Shown here: in pieces, positions 1-10,963 of the stretch
How positions within the stretch are numbered: position 1 is the stretch's first letter
Layout: each line of letters opens with the position of its first letter
Assembly (NCBI GenBank): GCA_963710605.1
Contig: CAVQBA010000004.1
Location: 448,001 to 512,000 of the forward strand
Direction: 5' to 3'
DNA: 64,000 nucleotides
Source of the DNA: an uncultured cyanobacterium
GTDB lineage: Bacteria > Cyanobacteriota > Cyanobacteriia > Cyanobacteriales > Cyanobacteriaceae
Program-made: the position numbers and the translations under genes
Notes under the pieces: generated by a model
What the model saw: only the letters and a program-made list of their open reading frames with translations
What the model was told of the DNA's origin: nothing
The model's database searches: none

Positions 1-1542
1 GTTAATTATCTTAATGCAGAAGCAATCCGTTTAGGTGTTCTTAATCCTGATAATCCAGAAGAGTTGACAATCCAATTCTGGCAACAAATGCGTGCTTTTC
101 CTTCGATCGAATATATTTATTTTGCTCATCAGCAAACAGGAGGATACGCAGGGGTAGCAAACTCAGAAACACTATTTCCTAATATTGAGGAAACCGAAAA
201 TTATACTTCGGGTAATTTGTTGATTTATAGCACTAATAATCAAGGTAATCGTCAAGAATTAATTAGCCAAACACCAAATTATAACCCTCATCTACGAGAT
301 TGGTATCAAAATGCAGTTGCTAATAAAAAATTAGGTTGGAGTAAAATTTACAATTTTTCTGGTGAATCAACCATTGGTATTTCCGCTACTATACCGATTT
401 ATAAATCCAATGGTCAACTTTGGGGCGTTATTGGTAATGATTTGGAGTTGGGAAATATTCATCAGTTTTTAGCTAGTTTAGATGTTCTACAAACAGGACA
501 AACTTTCTTGATGGAGCGAAATGGTAAATTAATCGCTAATTCTAATAATCGTAATATTTTCACTTCTAATAGTGTTTTAGCCGAACAATCTCAGCGACAA
601 TTAGTAACTGAAGCTGAAGAATCTTTAATTCGTTTGAGTGGAGAGAATTTACAAGCAAAATTTCCTAATTGGAATCAAACGAAAAAACCTTTAATATATT
701 CTTTTGAACACGAAAAAGAGCGTTATTTTATTCAAATTAGACCGATCGCTAATGATCTAGGTTTAGACTGGTTAACAGGAATAATTCTACCTGAGGCGGC
801 TTTTTCCCAACAGATAAAAATAAATACATATACCACAATCGGATTCTGTTTAATTGCATTAATCGTTGTCTTAACTGTCGGTGTTGCTACTTCTTTTTGG
901 ATTGAGCAAAGATTAAATAAACTTAGTGATACAGCCCAAGCAATTACAGAGGGTAAGTTAGATCGAAGAATTCCACCTTTTTCTCTACGTGAATTCGATC
1001 GTTTAGGAGAATCTTTTAATGCCATGGCAGACCATTTGCAAAGCGTGATTAATAAGTTAGCAGGTACGAATAATCAATTAGAAGAGCATATCGCCGAACT
1101 TGCCCAAGCTAGAGATGAAGCCGAAAATGCCAATCGTTATAAGAGTATGTTTCTAGCAAATATGAGTCATGAAATTCGCACTCCGATGAATGGTGTTTTA
1201 GGTATGTTAGCTTTAGTTGATGATTCGACTTTAGATACCGAACAACGATCGCAAATTAGTATGGCTCAATCTAGTGCTAAGTCTTTACTTATATTAATCA
1301 ATGATATTCTTGATTTTTCTAAAGTTGAAGCTGGCAAATTAGAATTAGAAGAATTGGATTTTAATCTATCTCTGTTTTTAACCGAATTTACTCAAACGAT
1401 CGCTTTAAATGCCCAAGAGAAAAATATCGACTTAATTCTTGATTTGGGTAACATCGAAAAAATAATGGTTATAGGCGATTCAGGGCGACTTAGGCAAATA
1501 TTAACCAATATCGTCGGTAATGCCATCAAATTTACCGAACAA

Positions 1543-3261
1543 CAGCAATTCTCATTATGGAAAAAATAGAGCGTATTTCTTTTGTTTACAAACAAGAATC
1601 ATAGTTCTCGGAAGTAATTTTTGTGGTTATGATAGATGTGACTTGAAATAAAATCTTAATTTTTGCTTCAACTTCATACTACATGAAAAAAAGTCCTGAG
1701 TTCGAACCATCACAGTTAATTGAATTTTTGCGTCAAGAATTAAATGGATTACCAGATAAAAGAACTGGAAAAAACATCAAATATCAAATTTCTGAGGCTG
1801 TTATGGCAGCATTTTCGGTCTTTTTTACCCAGTTACCTTCTTTTTTAGAACATCAACGTTCGATGAAGCAACAAAAAGGGAAAGATAATGCATTAAGTTT
1901 ATTTGGTTTAGAAGAAGTACCATCTGATAATCAACTGCGAACACTGTTAGACCCTGTAAGTGCAAAAATAGTTTTTCCCACATTTAAAAGGGTATTTCAA
2001 TGGTTAGATGAAAATAAAATCATGAAACAGTTTGAATACTTAGAAAATCAAATATTAGTAGCATTGGATGGAACCCAATATTATTCCTCTAAAAAGATTT
2101 ATTGTCCTCATTGTAATTGTCGCAATCATAGAAATGGTGAAACAACTTATTATCATCAAGTAATTACTCCAGTTATCGTCTCACCAAACAAAAAACAAGT
2201 AATTAACTTAGAGCCTGAATTTATTAGAAAACAGGATGGTAAAACGAAGCAAGATTGTGAAAACGTAGCGGTAAAAAGGTGGTTATTACGAAATTCAAAT
2301 GACCAAGAAAAAAATCAAATAACCTTATTGGGAGATGATCTTTATTCTCGTCAGCCAATATGTGAATTAGCGATAAAACAAGGATATAATTTTATATTTG
2401 TGGCTTTACCATCATCTCATAAAAGTTTATATGAATGGCTTGATTTTTTAGAAAAAAATGAAGAAATAAAGAAAGGAGAAATCAAAAAATATGAAAAAGG
2501 AAGACCGATAATTTATCGTTATAAGTATGTAAATAATGTACCAATGAGAGAAAAAAAGCCAAGCTTAATGGTCAATTGGTATGAGGTCGAGATAATTGAT
2601 AGAATTAAGAATAAAGTAATTTATTATAATAGCTTTATCACTAATCATAAATTAAAAGAAGACAATATATTAGTAATAATAAAAGGGGGAAGAACAAGAT
2701 GGAAAGTAGAAAATGAAGGTAATAATATCTTGAAAAATCAAGGATATAATTTTGAACATAATTTTGGTCATGGGCAAGAGAATTTGTCCGAAATATTGTT
2801 ATCATTAAATCTACTAGGATTTCTCTTTCACAATGTTTTAGAATTAGTGAATGTTAACTATCAAAAAATTAGAGACAAATTAGTGAGGAGAAAAACATTT
2901 TTTAATGATATAAGAGCGTTATTGAAATATATATGGTTTGAAAGTTGGCAGGATTTATTCATATTTGTACTAACGGAAGGAGAAGAAAGAAAGTTAATCA
3001 ACACAAGTTAAAAAGAGAAAAAATAAACAGTAAAGGTAAGTTGATTTTGAAGTAATGAATATCACAGAAAGAAGCCTAATTTTTATCAAGCAAGAAAATT
3101 AGGTCTAGTTTGTGATGACTATTTTTTTGAAGTGCTGATGTAATATAACAAAGAAAAGAAAAATCAGAACTGATAATCGTCTAATTTAGATTTAATTATG
3201 AATATTTACAATATAATTATTGTTGTGTTACATATATTCTTCTTCAAAATGAGAATTGCTG
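1543..3261 (+). mobile_element. Insertion sequence, 1719 bp, DDE transposase (ISNCY/ISMae2-like by recall)
   Basis: Perfect 14-bp terminal inverted repeat CAGCAATTCTCATT (1543-1556 / 3248-3261); 9-bp direct repeat ACCGAACAA at 1534-1542 and 3262-3270. Confidence 0.95.
1683..3011 (+). CDS. Transposase (DDE type), 442 aa
   Basis: Motifs ALDGT, LGDDLYS, RTRWKVENEGNN; sole ORF between the TIRs. Confidence 0.92.
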   Translation: MKKSPEFEPSQLIEFLRQELNGLPDKRTGKNIKYQISEAVMAAFSVFFTQLPSFLEHQRSMKQQKGKDNALSLFGLEEVPSDNQLRTLLDPVSAKIVFPTFKRVFQWLDENKIMKQFEYLENQILVALDGTQYYSSKKIYCPHCNCRNHRNGETTYYHQVITPVIVSPNKKQVINLEPEFIRKQDGKTKQDCENVAVKRWLLRNSNDQEKNQITLLGDDLYSRQPICELAIKQGYNFIFVALPSSHKSLYEWLDFLEKNEEIKKGEIKKYEKGRPIIYRYKYVNNVPMREKKPSLMVNWYEVEIIDRIKNKVIYYNSFITNHKLKEDNILVIIKGGRTRWKVENEGNNILKNQGYNFEHNFGHGQENLSEILLSLNLLGFLFHNVLELVNVNYQKIRDKLVRRKTFFNDIRALLKYIWFESWQDLFIFVLTEGEERKLINTS

Positions 3262-4594
3262 ACCGAACAAGGAGAAATTGTACTCAAATGTCATCTTACA
3301 ACTGAAGATGACGATGTTTTATTTGATTGTGAAATTACAGATACAGGTATTGGTATTCCTGAAGAAAGACTTGATCAACTTTTTAATTCATTCACTCAAG
3401 CAGATGCTAGCACTACTCGTCGATATGGTGGCACAGGATTAGGATTAGCCATTACTAAAAAACTCTGCGAATTAATGGGCGGTAAACTTACTGCTACTAG
3501 CGAAATAGGGCAAGGGAGTAAATTTAAATTCACAGTTAGATTAAAATCAAGTTCTAAACAGATTGATAACTCTATTCATAATTCAACGATCGATTTTGCC
3601 CGTTTAAAAATTTTAGTGATTGATACCAACAAAACTAGCCGAGAATTAATTAAAACTCAATTACAAACATGGAAAGCAAATGTTTTTGAAGCTAGTAATG
3701 ATATGACCGCCTTACAATTATGCTACGACAATATCGAAAATCAATCTGAGTCTCCTCCATTTGATCTTATTTTAATGGACGCATCTCAGGCTGATATTAA
3801 TGTTCAACTGTTAAATAAATGTTTTCAGTCTAATCATGTTTTGCAAAGAATGACGTTAGTAATCATAATCCCTATTACTCAACAAGGGCGTATGCAAGAA
3901 TTTACTGACTCTGGTTTCAATCGTTGTTTATTAAAACCAATTATTCGGGAAGACTTACTTAATCTTTTAGAAGTCACATTTAATGACAAAATAACCATAG
4001 AAAATCAATATTTACCCTTAGAAGCACAAATCAATTTACCCGAAACACAAAAAGATTCATCTTATAATCAAGTACAAGAGTTAGATGAAAAAGATAAACT
4101 TGCCTCTGTACTTTTAGTTGAAGATAATAGAGTTAATCAAGTTGTAATTAAAACTATTTTCAAAAAACGTGGTTTAAAAATAGATGTGGCTAAAAATGGG
4201 CAAGAAGCTTTATCCCTTCTCAAAAAAGTTCCTGAGCAGAATCCTCCTTACAATTTAATTTTGATGGATTGTCAAATGCCGATTATGGATGGCTATCAAG
4301 CAACCGAACAAATCCGTCTTGGTTATGTAGGAAGTCAATATCAAAATGTACCCATTATTGCTTTAACCGCTAATGCCATGAAAGGCGATTGAGAAAAATG
4401 TTTAGAAGCAGGAATGAATGACTATCTCAGTAAGCCAATCGATATCAAACAATTAAATCAAATTTTGCTTAAATGGTTGAAAATATAAACTAAATAAAAA
4501 AAGATTAAGCTCAAGAAAACTTTGAACAGATAAACTTATAAATTTTTTTTAGCATTATAAATTTGCTCTTTTATTAATTAGATATTTTGAGAGA

Positions 4595-5062
4595 TTAATC
4601 ATTAGTAAAATAATTCAAACATTGATTAAATAATTCTTTAGTATTATCATTAGCTTGCTGATAATTAAATTGGTAAGGGAATTCTTTTGATAACGACATT
4701 GTTTCTTCAGGGGAATTTTTAACCCATTCGCCTGTTCCCATTTCTTGATAAGCAAAAGTAACTTGATTAAATAATTCTTCTTGACGATCGTAATTACCTT
4801 GAAAACAAGAAATAATATCTGAATTTTGAACGTAAACTAATCCTTTAACTATATTGTTACTATTCTGAAAAATAATATATTCTCCACCAATTTCGGCGGC
4901 TTCTTCCTGATTACCATAAAAAGAAGTTTCGTTTTCGCCTACTGTTTGAGCTTTTATCAAAGCTGAAGAATTGTAAATAAATAAAGAAATAAAAATAGCA
5001 AATAAATTGAAAATTGAATTATATTTAAGTAAAAAACTATTGAAAATGGGTATATTCTTCAC
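4595..5062 (-). CDS. Hypothetical exported protein
   Basis: 155-aa ORF, hydrophobic N-terminal segment ending ...IKA-Q, acidic mature part with two Cys. Confidence 0.65.
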   Translation of the reverse strand: MKNIPIFNSFLLKYNSIFNLFAIFISLFIYNSSALIKAQTVGENETSFYGNQEEAAEIGGEYIIFQNSNNIVKGLVYVQNSDIISCFQGNYDRQEELFNQVTFAYQEMGTGEWVKNSPEETMSLSKEFPYQFNYQQANDNTKELFNQCLNYFTND

Positions 5063-5371
5063 TGCTTTAATTTAGGCATTTAATTATAGATTCAAAAAAG
5101 TATTTGATTTAAAAAGATTATATTTTTTTATTGTTTGAACGAAGATTTGACAATGTTATTTTTTAGCTTTAGAAATAAAAACTAATCTAAAAAAATAAGA
5201 AATAATAGCTATTTTTTGAATTATCTTATCAAAAATTTGTTAATTACTATACTTAATTTAGAACCAAAAAAAATACATTGATAAAGTAACACTTTCACAA
5301 TAAGACCTTTTTCACTGAGTTCTTATGATAGAGTTTTTTTGATACTTGTTTACTCTTCCATTGGAGATATA

Positions 5372-5470
5372 TTAAGATTTTTTACTAACTAACGTACATA
5401 GAATTAAAGTTGTCGTAGTTAAAAGCAACGCTACTGCTAAACCAGCCACTTGTTGATCGATCTCACTCAC
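5372..5470 (-). CDS. Possible 32-aa single-TM peptide MSEIDQQVAGLAVALLLTTTTLILCTLVSKKS
   Basis: Manual translation, GTG start, hydrophobic core with basic C-terminus; weak RBS. Confidence 0.3.
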   Translation of the reverse strand: MSEIDQQVAGLAVALLLTTTTLILCTLVSKKS

Positions 5471-5773
5471 AAATTCTCGATCGATTGGCAGTGAAAATTT
5501 ATATCTTTCTCCACTTGCCTTTTAAGCTCACTAATGTTATATCGATTATAACTAATTAGTCGAGCTAATCTTGTAATATCTCTGTATATTTTTATTATGC
5601 CAAAAACTGTTTTGGCTAAAAACTGAAAATCGTTATTTTGTCATGAAACGATACTTAATGTAATCAAACTTTAAACAAAGAGTAAACACTTTTAGTACTC
5701 AGCTAACATATATTGTGGTATTTTTTTGTTAAGACCACAATACAATCAGTAATGTGTTTCTCTTGTTAAAAGT

Positions 5774-5878
5774 TCAAAACGACTTAAAGTTGTTGTTGTG
5801 TAACTCTAAAGCTATATTAGCACCACTAGAAACAGTGATAGCTAAAACCAGAAGAAGGCAAGATAAGTTAAAAATCAT
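5774..5878 (-). CDS. Small hydrophobic peptide, 34 aa MIFNLSCLLLVLAITVSSGANIALELHNNNFKSF
   Basis: ATG preceded by AAAGGA RBS; paralog of 6101-6190. Confidence 0.55.
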   Translation of the reverse strand: MIFNLSCLLLVLAITVSSGANIALELHNNNFKSF

Positions 5879-6100
5879 GATTAATTTCCTTTAAGTGATT
5901 AATTTTGTTCTCACTAACTAATAGGTTTGAGTTTTCGGTAATATGCAGATTTTTCTCAAACAAATTTCAACAAAATATTAATAACCAAAGAAAACAGGCA
6001 GATATAACAGTACTTGTCTAGATACAGATAAACAACAAGTAATCTGTCTGTTTCCCTTATCAGAAGGAATTAAATATTCAAAATATCCTAGAGAGATTAA

Positions 6101-6190
6101 TTAGTCGTCACGTAACGCTAGCATTATATCAGCACCACTAGAAACAGTGATAGCTAAAACTAGAAGAAGGCAAGATAAGTTAAAAATCAT
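6101..6190 (-). CDS. Small hydrophobic peptide, 29 aa MIFNLSCLLLVLAITVSSGADIMLALRDD
   Basis: ATG preceded by AAAGGA RBS; first 20 aa identical to the 5774-5878 peptide with one synonymous difference (CTG/CTA). Confidence 0.55.
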   Translation of the reverse strand: MIFNLSCLLLVLAITVSSGADIMLALRDD

Positions 6191-6334
6191 GATTAATTTC
6201 CTTTGAGTGATTAATTTTGTTCTCACTAAATAATAGCCTTGATTTCAAATTTTAGGTAGATTTATTTTTATCAGAAAAATTTGAGATTGTGATCTTAATA
6301 AACTTATTGTCAATAATCAATGGTTAATTGTCAA

Positions 6335-9220
6335 CTATTTCGCTTCCATCCAATTATCTCCTGTATGTACATCAACAGATAAAGGAATATTGAGTTTAAT
6401 CACGTTTTCCATACAATCTTTAATTTTCTCTTGTAACTCATCAACTTCAGATGGAGGTAATTCTAAAACTAATTCATCATGCACTTGCAACAACATATTC
6501 GCTTGATAATCGTCCAAAATTCGATCGACTTCTACCATCGCTAATTTAATAATATCAGCACTAGAGCCTTGTATCGGTGCATTAGCCGCACTGCGTAACA
6601 TTTGGGTGGTGTAATAATCAAACTTAACTTTTGATAAATCGAGGGTATTAATATCGCTACCTGCAATTTTGTCTAACTCTTTTTCAGGAAAATCAAAGTA
6701 ACGTCTTCTACCTAAAATTGTTGTGACATAACCATCAAGTAAAGCTTGTTTTTTAGCATTTTCTAAATAGTTAAATACCCTTGAATATTTAGCACGATAT
6801 TTATCAACAAACTCTTGAGCTTTTTTATTAGAAACTTTTACTTCTCTGGCAAATTTTTGTACCCCCATTCCGTAAATCAAACCAAAATTAATTGTTTTAC
6901 CCATACTTCTTTCCTCAGAAGTAATTTCTTTTTTATCGAGAATAATTTGGGCGGTAACAGTATGAATATCTTGATTGTTTTGATAGGCAGAAATTAAAAT
7001 TGGTTCTTTACTTAAATGTGCTAAAATTCTTAATTCTATTTGTGAATAATCTGCACTCAAAAATTTCCAGTCACCTTGAGGGATAAATCCTCGTCTAATT
7101 TTGCGTGAAAATGCCGTTCTAATCGGGATATTTTGTAAGTTAGGATTAGATGATGAGAGTCTGCCTGTAGCTGTTACACTTTGATTATAATTGGTATGAA
7201 TACGATCGGTTTTAGGATTAATCAGTGTTGGTAAGGCATCAACATAAGTTGATTTTAGTTTAGCTAAAGTACGATGTTGAAGAATTTGTGGAATTAAAGG
7301 ATGATCATCTTTGAGTTTTTCTAATACAACTTGATTGGTAGAATATCCTGTTTTTATTTTTCTAGATTTACGTTTATCTAAGCCTAATTTATCAAACAAT
7401 AATTCGCTTAGTTGTTTAGGAGAAGCAAGATTAAATTCACCAAATTCAGCATAGACATTATTGGTAATTTCGTCTAAATCTTCATTAACAATATAAGAAA
7501 GTTTAGCTAAATAATCTTTATCTACTAATACCCCAGTCTGTTCCATTTTAGCTAAAATCGGTTCTAATTTTAGCTCAAGGTTAAATACTTCTTGTAAATC
7601 TAGATATAAAGCTAATTCGGTTTGTAATTTTTGGGTTAATTGCCACGTGCCTAAAACATCTAAGCCACAATATTGGGCAGTTTTATCGATGCTTAGGTGA
7701 GCGATCGATTGTTTTTTATCCAATCCTAAACTATCATAATCAAGGGCGATCGCTTCGATACCATATTCTTTGCATAAACTACTTAATTTATGACTAGCTT
7801 CTGGTTGTAAAACATAACTTGCCAACATCGTATCAAAGACAACTCCTTGTAAATCAAAACCGTGATTGAGTAAAATGAGACGATCGAATTTACTATGATG
7901 TAATGTCTTCGGATACTTAGGATTAGCTAAAAATGGTTGTAGTGCCGTTTGTATTTGAGCTATAGGTAATTGTTCTCCTTCTTCATGTAGAATCGGTATG
8001 TAAGCAACTTCGTTAGTTAATTTACCCCAACAACAACCAATCCCGACTAAATTAGCGGCTTGAGTATCTAATCCATCGGTTTCGGTATCCCAAGAAGTGA
8101 TAGAAGCTTTTTCTAATATTTCAATCAACTTAGTTAATTTGTCAGTATCATCAACAATTAGAGGTTGTAAGACTATTTCTGATTCGGGGGAAGAAACTGT
8201 TGCCGCTTTTTTAGTTACTTTCTTCTCCTTTTTTGCGGCAGGAAATAAAGATAATTGGTCACTATTTTTAGTATCTAAATTTAAAGGAGAAAAATCAATT
8301 AAAGGATTACCTAATTTTGCTTGTACTTTAGTTAGTTGTTTAATCAGTTTTTTTAATTCTAATTCCTCTAATAAACGAATTACTTCTTTTTGTTCAAAAC
8401 CTGTAAGATGATAATCTTCAAAATTATTATTTAAATCTATATCAGTAACAATTTTAGCTAAAAACTGTGAATGATAAGCACTATCTTTACCGTCAGTTAA
8501 TTTCTTTTTAACTCCTACTTTTAATTCATCTAAATTTTCATAAACATCAGCTAAAGTTTCGTATTCTCCTAACAAACTACTCGCTGTTTTTTCACCGATA
8601 CCTAATACCCCAGGGATACAATCAGATTTATCACCACATAAAGCTTTGAAGTCAACTATTTGTGTTGGTTTGACTTTCATTTTTTCGTAAACTGCTTCTT
8701 CGTCGTATGTCTCGAATTTACCAAAACTTCTACCCATGTATAAAACTTTGACACCACCTTCATCGTTAACTAGTTGAAACAAATCTCGATCGCCTGATAA
8801 AATTCTAACTAGATGATTCTCCTTCATTGCTTGGGTTGCCAGAGTGCCAATCACATCATCAGCTTCATAACCGACGGCGGTAACGATGGGTAAATTTAAA
8901 GCTTTTAACAACAAACGTAAATTTTGAACATCTTCAATAAAATCATCGGGTGCGGGTGGTCGATCTGCTTTATAATTATCATCAGCTTGATGGCGAAAAG
9001 TAGCTTCTTTCAAATCAAATGCGATCGCCACTAATTGCGGTTTAACGTCATTAATAATCGCAAACAAAGAATTAAGAAAACCGAAACAAACACTGGTAGG
9101 AACGCCTGTAGAGGTACGGAATGGTCCCGTACGAGCCTTTGCTAGAGCGTAATAAGCCCGAAATGCTAAAGAAAATCCATCGACGATTAAAAAAGAAGAA
9201 GCACGATCGTTTTCAGCCAT
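6335..9220 (-). CDS. polA: DNA polymerase I
   Basis: 5'-3' exonuclease (VDGFSLAFR, YEADDVIGT), 3'-5' exo WDTETDG, polymerase motifs ADYSQIELR, KTINFGLIYG, LQVHDEL. Confidence 0.98.
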   Translation of the reverse strand: MAENDRASSFLIVDGFSLAFRAYYALAKARTGPFRTSTGVPTSVCFGFLNSLFAIINDVKPQLVAIAFDLKEATFRHQADDNYKADRPPAPDDFIEDVQNLRLLLKALNLPIVTAVGYEADDVIGTLATQAMKENHLVRILSGDRDLFQLVNDEGGVKVLYMGRSFGKFETYDEEAVYEKMKVKPTQIVDFKALCGDKSDCIPGVLGIGEKTASSLLGEYETLADVYENLDELKVGVKKKLTDGKDSAYHSQFLAKIVTDIDLNNNFEDYHLTGFEQKEVIRLLEELELKKLIKQLTKVQAKLGNPLIDFSPLNLDTKNSDQLSLFPAAKKEKKVTKKAATVSSPESEIVLQPLIVDDTDKLTKLIEILEKASITSWDTETDGLDTQAANLVGIGCCWGKLTNEVAYIPILHEEGEQLPIAQIQTALQPFLANPKYPKTLHHSKFDRLILLNHGFDLQGVVFDTMLASYVLQPEASHKLSSLCKEYGIEAIALDYDSLGLDKKQSIAHLSIDKTAQYCGLDVLGTWQLTQKLQTELALYLDLQEVFNLELKLEPILAKMEQTGVLVDKDYLAKLSYIVNEDLDEITNNVYAEFGEFNLASPKQLSELLFDKLGLDKRKSRKIKTGYSTNQVVLEKLKDDHPLIPQILQHRTLAKLKSTYVDALPTLINPKTDRIHTNYNQSVTATGRLSSSNPNLQNIPIRTAFSRKIRRGFIPQGDWKFLSADYSQIELRILAHLSKEPILISAYQNNQDIHTVTAQIILDKKEITSEERSMGKTINFGLIYGMGVQKFAREVKVSNKKAQEFVDKYRAKYSRVFNYLENAKKQALLDGYVTTILGRRRYFDFPEKELDKIAGSDINTLDLSKVKFDYYTTQMLRSAANAPIQGSSADIIKLAMVEVDRILDDYQANMLLQVHDELVLELPPSEVDELQEKIKDCMENVIKLNIPLSVDVHTGDNWMEAK

Positions 9221-9224
9221 TATA

Positions 9225-9256
9225 GAGTTAAGAGTTAAGAGTTAAAAATTAAGAAT
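9225..9256. repeat. Heptameric short tandem repeat (GAGTTAA)n
   Basis: Direct reading; same unit at 54701-54743, 60478-60505, 60786-60858. Confidence 0.8.
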
Positions 9257-9470
9257 CAATTACTCGATCGTTTCCAATCGTTATGTATTCATTAAATCTA
9301 TTTTAGTAGATAAATACCATACAATGCGTTCGCTTCGATCGATCGTTTATCGTCTCTTTAAGCCATCACCAAATTTGTTTGTGTTTTTAAGGTGTTAAAT
9401 GTTGGGTTTGACTTCTATTTTATAGTTTTTTTATTTATTAAGTACGATCGATCGTTCATCGTAGTCGATC

Positions 9471-9638
9471 GTAGGATGGGTTAGGCTACGATACATTATA
9501 ATCTTCAACAAATTCATTAATAACTACCCGTAACCCATCATCAACCTTCAAAGTATTTTAGCGTATTAAATGTTGGCTTTAATTTTTGTTTTATGGTTTT
9601 TTCATATATTAAGTAATTAGCGGTTTAACCCAAACTAT
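9471..9638 (+). repeat. GTAG-REP doublet (REPIN-like) repeat R1
   Basis: GTAGGATGGGTTA...TAACCCATC hairpin followed by inverted TGTTGG...AACCCAAACTAT unit; partial extra copy at ~9361-9445. Confidence 0.75.
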
Positions 9639-9743
9639 AAAATGATAAATTTCTTTCATAAAAAACATATTATTTAATAGTTATAAATGCTAAAATTTGC
9701 TATAATTACTACTAAGAATAGTAAGAATAAATAATTTATTTCA

Positions 9744-10652
9744 ATGAGTCAATTTCCTCATGACGACTTTGTCAAAGAATATTTACCTGAATTAATATCT
9801 AATTATGGAATAGTTGTTTCGGGAAAGAAAATAGCTTCTCAGACTAAAGAGATTGATGTTTTTTTTCAACCTCATAGCAAGGTAATAGATGATTCTAATC
9901 AATTGGGTTTATTACGAAAACTACTAAATACAACCTGTTTATTTGAAGTCTATCGAAATTCAGTCACAGTTAATCAGATAAAAGAATGTATTGGTAAATT
10001 AATGGACGTTACTACTGCAATTACAAGAGAAAACAAAAAGAAAAATAAAGACGAAGAAGAAGTAAATTTATGGATTTTAACTCCTACTTTATCAGAAAAA
10101 ATACTAGAGTCTTTTGGAGCAAAAAGAAAAAATAACTGGGAAGAAGGTATTTACTTTTTAGCACCAGCTTTATCGACGGGAATAATAGTTGTACATCAGT
10201 TACCAGTAAGTGAAAAAACTCTCTGGTTAAGGATGTTAGGTAAAGGAAAAGTGCAGGAAAAAGCCATAGAAGAATTAAATACTTTACCAAAAGATAATCC
10301 TTACAGAGATAGTGTTTTAGAGTTGGTCAGTAATTTATTTACGATGCTACAATTGAACCAAGAAAAAAGGAAAGATTTAACCAAAGAGGATAAGGAATTA
10401 ATTATGAAATTATCACCAGTTTATAAGGCTAGATTAGAAGAAAGAGAACAAATTGGTTTACAAAAAGGGCTTCAACAGGAAGCAACTTTATTAGTTGTTC
10501 GTCAATTAAAAAGAAAAGTTGGTGAGTTATCTCCTAATCTAGAGGCAACAATTATGGGTTTACCTGTTAATGTTTTAGAAGATTTAGGTGAGGCTTTATT
10601 AGATTTTAACTCGGTAGATGATTTAATCAATTGGTTAGATAGTCATGAATAA
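9744..10652 (+). CDS. Rpn-like/PD-(D/E)XK-like protein with C-terminal DUF4351-type domain
   Basis: HDDFVK, EIDVFF, CLFEVYR; C-terminal RQLKRKVGEL...LEDLGEALLDF...DLINWL. Confidence 0.8.
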   Translation: MSQFPHDDFVKEYLPELISNYGIVVSGKKIASQTKEIDVFFQPHSKVIDDSNQLGLLRKLLNTTCLFEVYRNSVTVNQIKECIGKLMDVTTAITRENKKKNKDEEEVNLWILTPTLSEKILESFGAKRKNNWEEGIYFLAPALSTGIIVVHQLPVSEKTLWLRMLGKGKVQEKAIEELNTLPKDNPYRDSVLELVSNLFTMLQLNQEKRKDLTKEDKELIMKLSPVYKARLEEREQIGLQKGLQQEATLLVVRQLKRKVGELSPNLEATIMGLPVNVLEDLGEALLDFNSVDDLINWLDSHE

Positions 10653-10725
10653 TACTTATGCCTTAGTGCTTCTGGTCAAAAATACGATCGTTATTCTACA
10701 ACGATAAAACCTCGAATTAATTGTC

Positions 10726-10901
10726 GTAGGATGGGTAATAGCTTAATAGCTTGAACCATTATAATCTTCAACAAACTCATCAATAACGAGTGCCGTAACC
10801 CATCATCAACTTTCTTTGTGTTTTTATTGTTGAATGTTAGGTTTCGTTTTTATAATGCATTCTTGATCTATCAGTGGTTTTGATGCTTAACCGCTCTTTA
10901 C
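10726..10901 (+). repeat. GTAG-REP doublet repeat R2
   Basis: Shares GTAGGATGGGT, ATTATAATCTTCAACAAA, CGTAACCCATCATCAAC, AATGTT(A/G)G with R1. Confidence 0.75.
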
Positions 10902-10963
10902 AAGATTGGCTACTATAATAGACTTTTGTGTAACTCAACAAAATTATTTTTGACAATTAGTGT

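Larger units (their letters stand above)
1..4488 (+). pseudogene. Hybrid sensor histidine kinase (Cache-like sensor-TM-HAMP-HisKA-HATPase-REC-REC), 5' end outside window; interrupted by IS at 1543-3261 and by in-frame TGA at 4390-4392
   Basis: Frame open from base 1; H-box [15 protein letters not shown]; removing the IS and one TSD copy restores N-box [14 protein letters not shown]-boxes DTGIGI and GGTGLGL in 3262-3500; after TGA the frame continues EKCLEAGMNDYLSKP...LKI* to 4488. Confidence 0.92.

Noticed and set aside
4390-4392. Selenocysteine or programmed readthrough
   Set aside because: The position corresponds to Arg in the receiver motif, not Cys; the gene is already IS-disrupted
3256-4392. 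Independent 378-aa gene
   Set aside because: TTG start lies in the IS right TIR; it is the 3' half of the interrupted kinase
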